A stretch of DNA of 64,000 bases from Obrimoposthia wandeli (Eukaryota). The translations under genes were made by a program, and so were the position numbers. Below, one piece after another: positions 37,092 to 49,425 of this stretch. Location of the stretch: assembly GCA_977020255.1 (NCBI GenBank), contig CDROCS010001137.1, positions 248,001 to 312,000 of the forward strand. The letters run 5' to 3'. Within the stretch, counting starts at the first letter, position 1. Each line of letters opens with the position of its first letter. The notes under the pieces were generated by a model. It worked only from the letters and a program-made list of their open reading frames with translations, did not search any database and was not told where the DNA came from.

Positions 37092-37265
37092 GGATGAGTT
37101 ATCGTTGAGTCATAGGATGAGCCATCGATGACTCATAGAATGAATCATCAATACCTTAAATGATCTTTGACCTCATGATAACCTTAAATTACCTTGACCT
37201 AATGATGACCATAAATGACCTTGACCTAATGAGGTCATGACCTTAACTTGACCTTTAATGACCTC
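37092..37265 (+). promoter_or_regulatory. Subterminal motif cluster: 5 phased TGASTCA-like sites and about 8 TGACCT half-sites
   Basis: TGAGTTA 37095, TGAGTCA 37106, TGAGCCA 37118, TGACTCA 37129, TGAATCA 37141; TGACCTTGACC and AGGTCATGACCT at ~37165-37265; function inferred only. Confidence 0.45.
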
Positions 37266-37601
37266 TGGAAAAACATGTACGATCAAGAAAATATTAGTAT
37301 TTTAAATCCAAATATATACATGTATTCAAACATCAACAAAAATTAAGAAAATTCTATAAATTATTTAAATAATACGTTCTCATTGGACGTTGAACTTAAG
37401 CAACAAAAACTTAAGAAAATAATACTATTCGCATTCAAACGTAGTTAAAAAATTGATAAAAGCCTATGGATTTTTCAAATAAATTATTTGAATAACCCGC
37501 TTTCATTGGACGACAAAAGAGGGCTAGTCTGTTGTTTTTTGTATAAGGAGATCTCTTTTCATTATTTTTCATTTATCAAAATCAAGAATCAATAATCAAG
37601 A

Positions 37602-39462
37602 ATGCCTATTTTCAACAACGTTGACCTAGACGAAGAGATGGAGGTTCAACTATATGGGGATCTCTCTCCAGTACAAAAGCGAACGCCACCACAGCGAACG
37701 CCATACATTGACTTACTTAGTCAAGACTCGTCGGTGGTGAGCGAAGGAGACGAAGGAGAAGCAGCAGCAAGAGCGGAGCTGTTAAAAGAAGAAGCACCAT
37801 TGGCCAGCTCAACTCCAAGAGAAGAACCAATGAGCGTGAGATGTGGGGTACAGAGATCCCAATATATCGACCTGACTAGTCAGAATTCGATTGAGAATTG
37901 AGAAGACTGTACTCCCAGGCAGAACACAAAACCCACTCGTCCAGCAACTTCAGCAGTAGCAGCAAGGAGATCCAATATCTTCGAGAATTTTGAGGCGGCA
38001 ATCAAACGACCCTGGAAATTGATTCCACTGTCTGGGCCGGAGATAGTACTCGCACCAGACTCAGATGAGTAGCTATTCACCGATGACATTCCGTCGGATG
38101 GTGAAGAGGACTTGACTCCATTCATCGATGAATGAATACAGCCAAGTATCGGAGCCCCAGGAGTCAACGATTCAATGGTGGCAGAATTAGACGAGGACGA
38201 GTGGCGCCTATTCACCGATGATTGGGATGGTCTCACTCCCTCTGCAACACCAACTCCGATAGCCGACAATACGGTGCCTAATCCGTTCAGAAGGCCACAA
38301 TCTCCGATACGTCCTGTTAGGAGAATAAAGGCGACAAATGAGGTTAGTCTATTAATTTATTTAAAATGTTTTTTAATTTCATTTTTAGAAACTTCAATTG
38401 GATTTGGCACCGTCAGTGACCACAGCGGAGAGGCTGATTGAACTGCAGTACTTGGCGAGTCAATGTAGCCAGGATAATCCCAGGAGTGAGCACCGATACC
38501 TACCGACTCCGGATAAATTTGAGGTAAATTATTATAAATTAGTTAATAATTTTAATTATTCACATAGGAAGCCGAATTGGTAGAGAAAATTTTGGAGGAG
38601 GCAACTCTCAGACTACCCATCGATAGGAAACAAGCAGTGGTTAAGAAACCTCGACGCCATCGAATCAAAACCCACACGGTCCATCGGAAGAAGGCCAAGT
38701 TGGCGAAACAGGCTAACCTGCTCGTCATTGAGGTAAATTATTTATATATTTAAATTTCATTGATGTTTTTTGTTGCAGGAACCAATACAATTAACTGAGG
38801 AGAGATGGTGCAAAATTTCTTCTTTTTCGCAGGAACCCGTCCGGATAACTGAGGAGACTTGGGGAGAAATTACTTATTTTCCCAAGAAACGGGCGAAGCG
38901 AGCAGAGTTGAAGAAGACGAGGAGCTCGAGAAAATATAGCACCTCAATTGGCCATTATTCTGAGGCGGTGATTGGACAGCAGGAGATTCTCCCATCTCCA
39001 GTGGACGACGGTCTAATTCTATACGAGAGGATCCCAGTCTCACCGATCGAGATTAGTCTGCCATCAAGTCAACGACGCCTGCAGGAGACATCACCGGCTT
39101 CTCCTCGTCCAACAACCAGCCAGAACATAAAGAGGGCCTGGAATGAAGCTGGATTGGACGAATTCCTGGCGGAACTGGATACACCGGCAATGCTTCCAGA
39201 TTCGCGAAGGCAACAGGATGCCGTCTCACGCCAGCTTCAGCGTGAGAAGGAGGAGAAACAGAAGAAAGCTCCGCGGAAGAGAAAGGCTACTGCTTCTATG
39301 TCAGGGCCATCAACATTGGCTGCACCTCCCCCCAAAACGTTGCAACAACTATTGCCAAAACCTGTGGGAAGGACAATTGCTGCAAAACAACCGGTGAAGC
39401 CGAAAAATACCGGGCCGGCCAAAGAAGAAGGATCCAGTACCGCTTTCTCCAATAATACTTAG
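37602..39462 (+). pseudogene. Spliced Polinton accessory gene, ~574-aa disordered acidic/Pro-rich then basic protein
   Basis: Exons 37602-38342, 38389-38523, 38568-38732 and 38779-39462 joined by GT-AG introns of 46, 44 and 46 nt (all phase 0, GAG|GT); three in-frame stops at apparent Trp codons in exon 1. Confidence 0.75.
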
Positions 39463-39982
39463 TCGGAGGGATTTCGATGAGGATGATCCCAATGAAGACT
39501 TTGTAAAGATTTTTAAGAATATAATTTATAAAAATTAATTTCAAGTGTTTTCTTTTTAATATTTATTTAAATACCATCTTTAAGTTTATTAAAATATCAA
39601 GATGAAAAAAATAGTTAATTTATTCGACTGTTTTTGGATTAATAAGGAATCATTTAAATTTTTTTAGATTTAAATATAAATGCAATGATTAGTTCTAGAT
39701 TTATTAAACTTTCATTTGATACATAAAAATATATCATTTAATTGCCTGTGATTGGATTAAAAATATCTTAAATTTATATATATAGGTTCAAATGTAATTT
39801 AATTTCTAAATATTTAGGCATGTTTACATTTAATATAATTTATTTTAATATTCATAGGAGAATTGACAATATATACCAATCTTAACATGAAAGACTGAGT
39901 ACTTTGTTATTTTAATAAATTTTTGATTAATGATTTTTTTATTAGTTATAAACAAAGGGATTTGCTACAAATTTGGGTAATT

Positions 39983-40467
39983 ATGCAGGAATATATCATA
40001 GATTTTGAGGCTTACGTTAACAAAAATGATGATTATATTATAAAAGAATTATGTATTATGGATGTATGTGACGTTTTTTCATCCTTTGCATTTCATATTT
40101 CAAATATATATCCCGTTTAAAAGGTTAGATTATAAGAAAAAATTTACTAATTTATATCTAACTAAATATTTCCATTTATTAAAATGGAAAGAAGGACATA
40201 AGGCTTTTTGTGAAATATGTATTTTCAATACAATAAAATCTAATTTTGATATAGAAAATGGATTTTTTATGTTTTAGATGAAATGGATGGCAAAAGTATA
40301 AGACTTTAAAAAAATATTTTCCCAAATTGAGGTTGAATACTTTAAATATTTCATGTAATCATCTATTAAAAATTCCACGAAATATTTTCTGTCCATATCA
40401 TAGTCATGGTGACCATTGCGCATATAAAAAATGTTTAAGTCTATCTTATTATTTGACATGTAGATAA
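39983..40467 (+). pseudogene. DEDD-like nuclease-fold protein of Polinton (frameshifted)
   Basis: IIDFEAY...IIKELC; LHFIF...FHLLKW.EG; C-terminal CPYHSHGDHCAYK. Confidence 0.55.
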
Positions 40468-40704
40468 ACAATTCTTCTAATTGGAGAAATACATTATTTA
40501 AAAATTCGATTTTTCATAGAATTACAAATAAGCCTTTTAATTGGAGGAATAAAAATAATATTATCAACCAATAACAGATAAACAATCCTTCTCAGTGGAG
40601 GAATAAATTCAATTTTTTAATCCAATTGGAAAAGAGCATGTGTGCATAAATTTTAGTATATAAGCAAACACTTTCTTCATTTAAATCCCCGACAATTTGA
40701 AATA

Positions 40705-43700
40705 ATGCCTATGGTAAGAATCTATATTTATTATTTCCTTATTAATATTTATTATTTCAGATTACTTGTATCCTGTTTCCAGCCTATTGTGGTGCTTCGG
40801 CGTTATCACCTATAACCTATTGTGGTGTTTCACGGCCAACAACAAGAAGAGGGATATCGTCCAATTGGTGCGCGATTCGCAGGCCGCTCGAGCTCCACCT
40901 CCATTTACAGTGGCGGTCAGTCTACCAGTTTATGGTCCTGCCATTGGTCCTTCTCTCCCGGCTCCTGATTCTGCTACTGCCCCATCCACTCAAATGTCTA
41001 ACAATGAGTGGATGAACGACATCTCCGAGGAAGATTTTGAGGAGTTGGCACGAGCAACCCAATTCTCAAACAATGACTGGATGCGAAATATCACCCAGTC
41101 AGATTTCGAGATAGAGCAGCCTCAGTGGAGCGATAACTCATGGTTGGAGACCATCGAGGAATCCGATTTCGTCGAGTCAACGGTCGACAGCTGGATGGAT
41201 TCCATCAATGAAGAAGACTTCATTCCAGTTCAACTTGGATTGCCTTCATTAGGTATTTTTTATTATTATTTTTAAATTATATATTTTATTTTTTATTATA
41301 TATATTTTATTTTTATTTTTTATTCAGGAAATACCGTTATACAATCGTCCTCTGCTACAACAGATATGCCTCCATCATCGCGAGTGCCTACATCGATGTT
41401 AGCACGCCTAAGAGGTAATAATTTTTAAAAATATATTTATTTTTTAATATATTTATTTCAGCAGCACTAACCTCTACAACATCCGCTTCTTCATCGGCAA
41501 GGTCAGCTTCAAATGCAGCCTCTACAACTACCACTGTCTCACCAACATCGGCAGCACCTGCTACAGTAGCCCCTTCAACACCAGCTACGATTGCCTCAAC
41601 ATCGGCAGCATCACCAATAGCAGCACCTTCAACCTCAGCTGCGATTGTCTCAACTATTAATATAAATAGTTGTCTTCCCGTTCAATTAGGGGGAGATTTG
41701 TCAGCGACAAACGGAAGAAAGAGGCGAGGCCAATTTCTTAATAAGGTCCCACCCAAAAAACGTAGAGAAAACGGTGCTACTATAGAGTATCACCTAAATA
41801 ATAAATATGTTATAGTTAAGGTGCCATTAGGAAATGAAATTTTATTAAACGTAGGTGTAGATTCAAATATTGAAAATCTTTTAAAATCAGAAGTGACTAA
41901 ATTAGGACAGGCTAAGGTTCAATTTTGCGCAACAGTGCAGTTTAAAAATGTCAATGAGGAAACTAAAACTTGGGTAATTTCACATAAAGCAACTGTTTTC
42001 TATGATAATTTTGTAACTGAAATTGGAAGAAACCTGGATGAAAAAATTGCTAATTATAGCGAGTTAAGTAGTGGATGGACTCTAGTTAGAATTCACGATG
42101 TTAGCTTTGTTCTAACAAAGTTCACTGACATGATATATCTTTCGGGGAGTTCATACATTCCTTCACCTAGATCTCTTCAACTTTCACGTTCCATTGTTAA
42201 CGTACAAAACAGTGATAACCTTTGCTTTCTGTATAGCGTGTTGGCCATCCTCAAAAGGGGTGTAATTACTGAGCATAGAGAGCGTGTCAGTAAATATACC
42301 CATTTTTTAAATGAATTGCAGTATCATGGAATACATTTTCCTGTTAAATTAACTGCGATATCAAGATTTGAACATCTTAATAACTTGAGTATTAATGTAT
42401 TCAAATATAATACTGATATCCCAGTTAATGTAACAGATGAAGAAATATTTAAAAATCCTTTTGTAGATGTAATTGATAGGAGCAAAAATGAGGGGACTCA
42501 GGTCAACTTAATTTTGCTCGAACAGAATAATAAATTCCATTATGCTGCAATTCCCAGTTTAGATCGTCTTCTAAATTTAGATAATGGAGCCTTACCGGTT
42601 AGGATAAGGTGTAAGTGGTGTCATAGATGTTTGCATGGATTCCGATCCGAGCTCTCTTACAGCAAACATCTGACATTATGTTCACTGAATCCTGATGACA
42701 ATACGCTATATAGCATGCCTAAGGATAAGGATTTAAAATTCAGGGATTGGGCAAAATGCATACCCGTGGAATTCAGGGTGTATGCAGATTTTGAGTCAAT
42801 TTTAGCATTGCACGACCAGTATGAGAGTATTCACCTACCGGCTTCGGCAGGACTACTATTCTTAGGCCCCAATATTACCCAGTATCATAAATTTTCCGGT
42901 CCAAATTGTATTTTAGATTTTATTTTAAAATTAGAGGAATTAGGAACAACAATTGTCAAACCGTGGTATGATCTCAATGCTCATCAAGCAATGATCATGA
43001 CAGGCATAGACTGGGTTAATTTTAATTCTTGTAGATTATGTTATTTGTGTGGAACCCAGTCTAAGTTAGTCAGAGATCACGATCATGTTACGGGGCGATA
43101 CTTGGGAGCGGCGTGCAACCTCTGTAACCTTGGCCGTCGTTTCCCTAAAAAACCACGAATTCTCATCGTGTTTCATAACCTCAAAGGATATGATTTGCAT
43201 CATATACTTAAATACGCGTTGGGTACATTAAGCTCTTGGGAAATTTCATGTATACCTCAAACTTCAGAGAAATATTTATCTTTAACTGCATATACTGAAT
43301 TCTGCAGTTTAAGATTCATAGATTCTCTGCAGTTTTTGAGTGGTTCTTTAAAAAAGTTAACGGCATCTTTAAATGCATGGCCAATTACACAGTCAGTGTT
43401 CCAAGCTTCGGTTAACGATAAGGAGATTTTTCCGTATAAATTTCGAAAACATTTGCAGATTTAGAAAATACAACTGAAATCCCACCAATAACTGAATTTG
43501 AGGGTGTAAGTCTTCAAGACTATAATGAAGCCCGTACATTTTGGGCGAATAATTGTCGAAATCTTTTAGAATATATGCTTTATCATATGAAGTTAGACAT
43601 TTATCTTTTAGCTGATCTTTTTGAGTCCTTTCGTGTAAAATCTTTAGCAGAAGATGTGCTAGATCTCATGCATTTCTTTAGTTTACCTGGTCTTTTATGG

Positions 43701-45040
43701 GCAACAGCAATAAAAACTCTTAAAATTAATATCGAGTTACTGAAAGATCCCGCGATGTATCAAATGTATGATTATGGTATACGCGGTGGAATGAATTTTT
43801 TCAATAAACATCATGTTGTCAAAAATCAATCCACGGAGATTCTGTACATCGATATTAATAATTTGTATGGGTGGGCGCTTACTCAACCTCTACCTCATGC
43901 CAACTTTAAGTGGGTTTATGATGTTGATCAGTTGATACAGTTTCATCCGACGTCGGCTATTTGGTTGAGGTGGACATAAAAATCCCTCCCAATGTGCATG
44001 ATAAATTAGATGATCTTCCAGTAGCGCCTGTTCATCAATGCCCACCTAATTCAAAGGTTAAGAAATTATTGTTAACCCATGAAGACAAGTTGAATTATGT
44101 TGTGCATAGGCGGCTTCTTCAATTCTACTTAAAGTTGGGAGAGAAAGTTACTCGAATTCATCGTGCTACAAGCTTCAGTCAAAACTTTGTGTTTAAAGAC
44201 TATATTGAGAAGAATTCAAGAAAACGTAATTGGGCCACTAGCAAATTCGATCGAGATTTTTACAAGTTAAAAAGTAATAGTCTCTTTGGAAAAACTGTAG
44301 AGGACTTGCGGAAACGTATTTGCCTACGGTTTTGCAATGATGAGCGTAAACTAATAACATATACTAGCAAGTACAACTTCAAGCGTAGTTTTACAATTGC
44401 AGAAGACTTGGTAGCAGTGTTATTAGGAAAACAGAGTATTTGTCTCGATCGACTGAGTTATATAGGTCAAACGGTTTAAGACATTTCTAAACTCAGAATG
44501 TATGAGCTTCAATACATAGAATTGGAGAAATACCGACAAGAATTCAATTGTGAGATCAAAATCGCGGCAGGGGACACTGACTCTTTCTTTTTAGAATGTA
44601 AAAATGTTAGTTTAAATAATCAATTATTACCAGCAATGTTTAGGGACAACTTACTAGATACCCATAAATATCCTGCTAACCATCCTCTACACTCTATGAG
44701 TTTAAAGGACATTATCGGGAAATTTAAGGATGAAAGCGAGGGACAGGTTTTGTATGATGATTGTATTTTCCTACGCCCTAAATGCTACAGTTTACATGCA
44801 TCTAATAATACATGTTCAATGAGAGCAAAGGGTGTGGGAAGAAACAATCTTACACATGAGGCCTACTGGAAGGTTTATGATACTGGGTGTATTGAAAGCG
44901 TTGAGCAAACTAGATTTATTTCAAGAGCCCATCAACTGTATTCCCATAAATCAACCAAAATCAACTTGAGTATTAATGACGACAAGCACTTTTGGGTAGA
45001 AAAGAACGCTAGCCTGGCTTATGGACACTTCCGAATTTGA
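40705..45040 (+). pseudogene. pPolB: Protein-primed DNA polymerase B with spliced N-terminal extension (frameshifted)
   Basis: ExoI YADFES, endonuclease VII-like RDHDHVTG..CNLCN, ExoII FHNLKGYD, PolA YIDINNLYG, PolB KLKSNSLFGK, PolC AGDTDS; introns 40714-40760, 41253-41327 and 41415-41461, the last two splicing in frame into ORF 41698; frameshifts or stops at ~43464, ~43960 and 44479. Confidence 0.93.
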
Positions 45041-45303
45041 ACGGTTTTCATTTTTTGATTATTTTAGTTTAGTTTTTTTAAATTTTAGATCCCTATGGCA
45101 CCTTGACTCTAACTTTTTGTTATTTCAATACATTTTTTAAGATGGACCTTGTTTTTGTTGACAGATCTCATTGTGATGTTGTTTTTAATAAATGTATTAA
45201 ATAAAATTTGTCTTATGTCTTTTATTATTTTACCTTATATTTTTTAGGGATTTAAAAAAGTAATTCAAAATAAAACATTAAAAATATTTATTTTTATAAC
45301 ACA

Positions 45304-45678
45304 CTAATCTTTTTGCAACGATAACCATAAAATACATAAATGTCCACAGTTTCTCGTCGCAGGATCCTGATATTGTATCTTGTTGTAAAATACTCTTCTT
45401 CGTCCTTTTTGAATGGTTGAAACAAGTTTGTGTGGATAATACATTGCAAGTGGATCAAATACATGTATTGTCCACTCTCTAACATAAATAGCTATTCAAT
45501 GTTCTCCTGGTAAATTCGAAGTATGAGTATTGATAATGTAACCTCCAGATGGAAAAAATGGGATCATATAAATTGGATAAACTCCATTGAATTTATCACC
45601 CAGGACCTTCTCTGCTGATTCTTGTACTGAACTAAATAAAAATTAACAAATATAAATTTAAAAAATGTCTTACTTCAT
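45304..45678 (-). pseudogene. Adenain-like cysteine protease with a 5-nt first exon
   Basis: ATG AA | 42-nt intron 45673-45632 | ...INTHTSNLPGEH*IAIY...FDPL...YNKIQYQD...NCGHLC; catalytic His/Asp/Gln/Cys pattern; the stop is a Trp codon in the copy at 33640. Confidence 0.9.
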
Positions 45679-45679
45679 T

Positions 45680-46910
45680 CTATAATATGACAGTTCTGTT
45701 TTTATTGATTTGTATTTACGAATCAAACACTACGTAAATAAGTACCGTAGTAGGATGTGTTAAAGCTGCATTGAACTTAATTTCTATTCGTAAATTTTCA
45801 TCCTTTGGTAGTTGGCATTGGTTTATATCAAAGTCTGGTGCCAAAACAAATGTGAAGAATGGGCAGCTGCTTTTAAAGTCAGTGAAAGAAATACCATTGT
45901 TTATATTTTTATCTAGTTGGCCCAAATTCCGAATAATAGATTGCGTATAAGCCAAAGCATAAGCGTTACCTTCGAAATCTGTTTTATATGTTTCACGATA
46001 ATCAGTATTTCTTGAAAGTGTCACTGAACATACATTAAGATTGTCAAATTGAGTTGCATCTGTCGTATAATTTCCTAGAAACTTTGTAATTTATTTGAAA
46101 ATAAATTAAAATGAATTTCGGTAATCTTACATCACCAAAAATTTGATCCTTATTAAAAGCTTGTGTACCTGTACCTAAAGAATAGGATATAAGTTTAGTT
46201 TCTCTAATAGGATAACAAGCATTGTTTTTTTCCATTCCTATATTATGTGCCATTAAAACTGATTGCTCGGTTTTAACTCTTCGGACATATAATTTTGCAT
46301 CCAAAATATCAAGTCTAGATTTTAGAACGTCTGTGCTTATCAAAGAAAAATTCCATTTATTACGTTTCAAACGAAGATGTACATTAACACCGGGAATTAA
46401 ATATTTCGGTTGTTCAAAGAAATTCAATCTCAAAGACCCACACATTTCGTAAGCTTTAGAACCCGCAATCCATTTTTTGCGAGTTGCAACCGTTTTATCA
46501 TAACCAATGGTTGCCAAATTAGTATTTTGAGTATCAGTACTATAATTCAAAAGACTTTCAATCAAAGCTTTATGAGCATAGGAAGAATTTCCATCTTCAA
46601 TTTTGACATTATTAAGAGTAACAATGGCATCACTAAATAAAGAATTAAAGAGATAATTTACAGGTGTTACATCTGCATTTTCATCTAAATTAGTACCATC
46701 CCGATTTAATACTTTTATTTGAACATAAAGCAAAGTATCATTCAAATCTAAATACTCGCTATTGGAACCATTAATATAAAATTCTAAATCGGTTAAAGTG
46801 GTTCCTGAAACTGAGTTAACTAGAAATATTTCTTCAAAGGAAGCATTATCTACAACTACTTGTGGAAGCGGTTTATCAAAAAGACACATTTCAGTTTTGG
46901 CGCAACTCAT
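45680..46910 (-). pseudogene. Polinton major capsid protein (double jelly roll)
   Basis: LEFYI...YLDLNDTLLYVQIKV; PVNYLFNSLFSD; FFEQPKYLIPGV.V.LRLKR; LYVRRV; LRIEIKFN; frameshift near 46050 and a stop at 45716. Confidence 0.88.
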
Positions 46911-47284
46911 TTTGCAAATATTGTTCCTTCAACTTTCTTACGTTTGTTTATATTGATTTTTTGCTTCTTTTTACTTTTAAATCCACTACCGCCTTGGCTT
47001 TTATTTGATTTACGTTTTCTAATCAAATTAGCAACTTCAGGTAAAACATTATCAAGTTCATCAAGCCCATGCTTCTTAAAAGTTGGTATTAGTTTATTGT
47101 CCTTAGATGAAAGGTAATCCTTTCCTAATTTTGATATAAATCGCCCGAGTCTCTTTAAAAGAGGAAAGGCAAATCTGCTTAATGTTCTAAGCCAGCCAGA
47201 TCCATATTGTTTACCAACAAAATATGGTAATTCTCCACCTTGTTGGCTTTGACTATAAGCTTCAATTATTGGTGGATTCGCCAT
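46907..47284 (-). CDS. Small basic Polinton virion core or membrane-active protein candidate with QxGG motifs
   Basis: Intact 125-aa ORF; SQQGG|EL, KQYGSG|WLRTLSRFAFPLLKRLG amphipathic helix, K-rich tail with SQGG. Confidence 0.65.
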   Translation of the reverse strand: MANPPIIEAYSQSQQGGELPYFVGKQYGSGWLRTLSRFAFPLLKRLGRFISKLGKDYLSSKDNKLIPTFKKHGLDELDNVLPEVANLIRKRKSNKSQGGSGFKSKKKQKININKRKKVEGTIFAK

Positions 47285-48317
47285 TTTGTTTTCTTAAATG
47301 TATTGTTAAACTTGTCTTGGCCCCGTATGTGAAATCTATTAGTTGTCCGGAATCATCTCTAATATTTACTTCAATATTGTTTATAGAAAAGAGAGCAACT
47401 GGAAGATACATTGGTTGATCTATACGCATACCGACAACGTCCCCATCTTTAGTTTCATTTTGAGAAATCCATATTGTTCTCAAAAGTGGAACTCGTTGTC
47501 CTACAAGTGTTGATTCTATTAAATTAGTATAAATATATAAATTATTAACAACATTTAAAGGTTTTGCCTTATTTTTAGCTTTTATGGTTTTTATTGTATG
47601 GGTTTCAAAGGTATTTCTATTTTAACCAAGGTTTTTAGTGAGTTTATCATCAATGGAAACCCGTTTTATGCTGCTATTTACCGTAAACGTTAATTTATCA
47701 TTTAATGTTACACATTTATCCAAATATTCACTACATTCCTTCTGTATTAATTTACATAAATCCACTTCCCTTTCTATTTTATAATATTTTGAAAGCTTTT
47801 TCAGTTCCACTACAGTCTTTGGTCTCGTTTCAAGTAACAACACTTTTGCTACTCTACCAGGAACATTTCTAACCGATTTAGGTGAGACTATATCCCATTT
47901 ATTACGAGCTACTGTTTGTTCACTATAAAAACTGAATAGAAGAGCTTCTTTTTTAGATTCAAAGTTAATTTTAATAACTTGAAGATATTTTAATCGATTT
48001 TTAAATCTGACTTTGTTATTTTCAAATATTACTTTCACTTCTTTATCTATACAATTGTAATAGAATTGTCCTTTACTATCAAACCCGATCACAACTTCAG
48101 TTGTTTTTTCATGATCAACTTCTTTTGTAAACGTAATATGTGAGTTTTTTCTAATAGTAATTGGAGAATAATAAAAAGAAAATTATGTTAAAGCCGCTTC
48201 CCATTCTCCTTGGAGATTTATAGGATTTTTCCAATCGATAATAAAGCTACTTGCGTAATTATCTGGTTGAGTCTTCGGACATCCGTTACTAGGTAAAACC
48301 ATATACATAGATTTCAT
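47262..48317 (-). pseudogene. Polinton minor capsid (penton-like) protein
   Basis: N-terminal MVLPSNGCPKTQPDNYASSF...LQGEWEAAL; C-terminal LYIYTNLIE..LVG..VPLLR...YLPV...INNIEVNIRD..G.LIDF...LTIHLR; in-frame stops. Confidence 0.85.
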
Positions 48318-49397
48318 ATTATATTAGATGCTGATATCCAAGTTGGATATGAATAACCATGCCATTTAACATAGTATTGTTTATGTTTACCGGCACCCTT
48401 AGATTTTAATATTTTTTGAATACAGAAAACGCTAGGTTTATTTGATATTACTTGTAGTTCTTGCTCGTAAAATTTACCGCGAACGATATTATTGTCAGCA
48501 TCTTTAATAGTACACATTATTGGATTACTTTTTTGATCAATTTTACTTATACAAAATATTTCATCGCTCCAATTCTGATCAAAGTTTTTAATAAATGGAG
48601 TAGAGCTAATATTCGAAATTCGAACATATTCGATTTTCTTATATTTAGCTTTTTAATATTTTTTTTTATTCCTGTCCATCCAAATATCCATAGAGTTTTC
48701 ATTAGTAACATCAACAGGTCTCATTCCCTTGAGACCTCTATGTTCAGAGGGATTATATGCATGTATTATTTTAGGTAAAACTTGGATACATTTATTATTT
48801 CCTTCTTTTGTGAAATACCTTTTTATTCGATCTCTTAAAGTACGATTAAATCTTTCTACTACTGCTGCTTTGTACTGTGAAAACACAGATTAGTGATTTA
48901 TATTATTTTGTTTAAATAATGATTGAACTTGCTTATTATAAAATTATTTTCCTAAATCAGTTTTCACATTTTGTGGAATGTCCTCTTTTAATATTTCTTT
49001 AATGGCTTCAAGCATAGCTATTGAAGACTTTGCTTTAACTGGAATTACACGAGCAAACCTGCTAAATACATCAATACATGTTAAAATATATCGATATCCC
49101 TTATTAATGGAAGAATATGGGATCATCTCCAACAAATCCATTTGCCATAAATTATTAGGACCGCTGGTTTTATAAGCTCTAGTTGGAAACCTTCTTCTCA
49201 TCGGCTTGTTCAGACTGTAGGCTAACTGGTTGCTCAGCCATTTATGCGTTTTCTTGTAATTTTGTTTTGTTCTTTTTGCCAATTTTGAAACTCTGGTGTA
49301 GCCAATTGGATCTTTTGGATTGAAGCATATCTTCTCTATTACAACAATTTGAATAGAAAGAAAATTTAAATTTAGGTAAAGAAGGGTTAGCACCCAT
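48314..49397 (-). pseudogene. Polinton DDE integrase with chromodomain-like C-terminus
   Basis: LWQMDL, YILTCIDVFSRF, KTDLGK*FYN, KAAVVERFNRTL, YYVKWHGY; possible ATG G micro-exon plus 58-nt intron. Confidence 0.92.
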
Positions 49398-49425
49398 ATC
49401 TTTAGCTGATTTTATAAATAATTGT

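Noticed and set aside
37899-45480. Many in-frame stops fall at Trp positions (TGA/TAG), hinting at a reassigned genetic code
   Set aside because: Sister copies have TGG at the same positions with complementary stops, both TGA and TAG occur, and intact host genes end in standard stops; this is ordinary G-to-A decay
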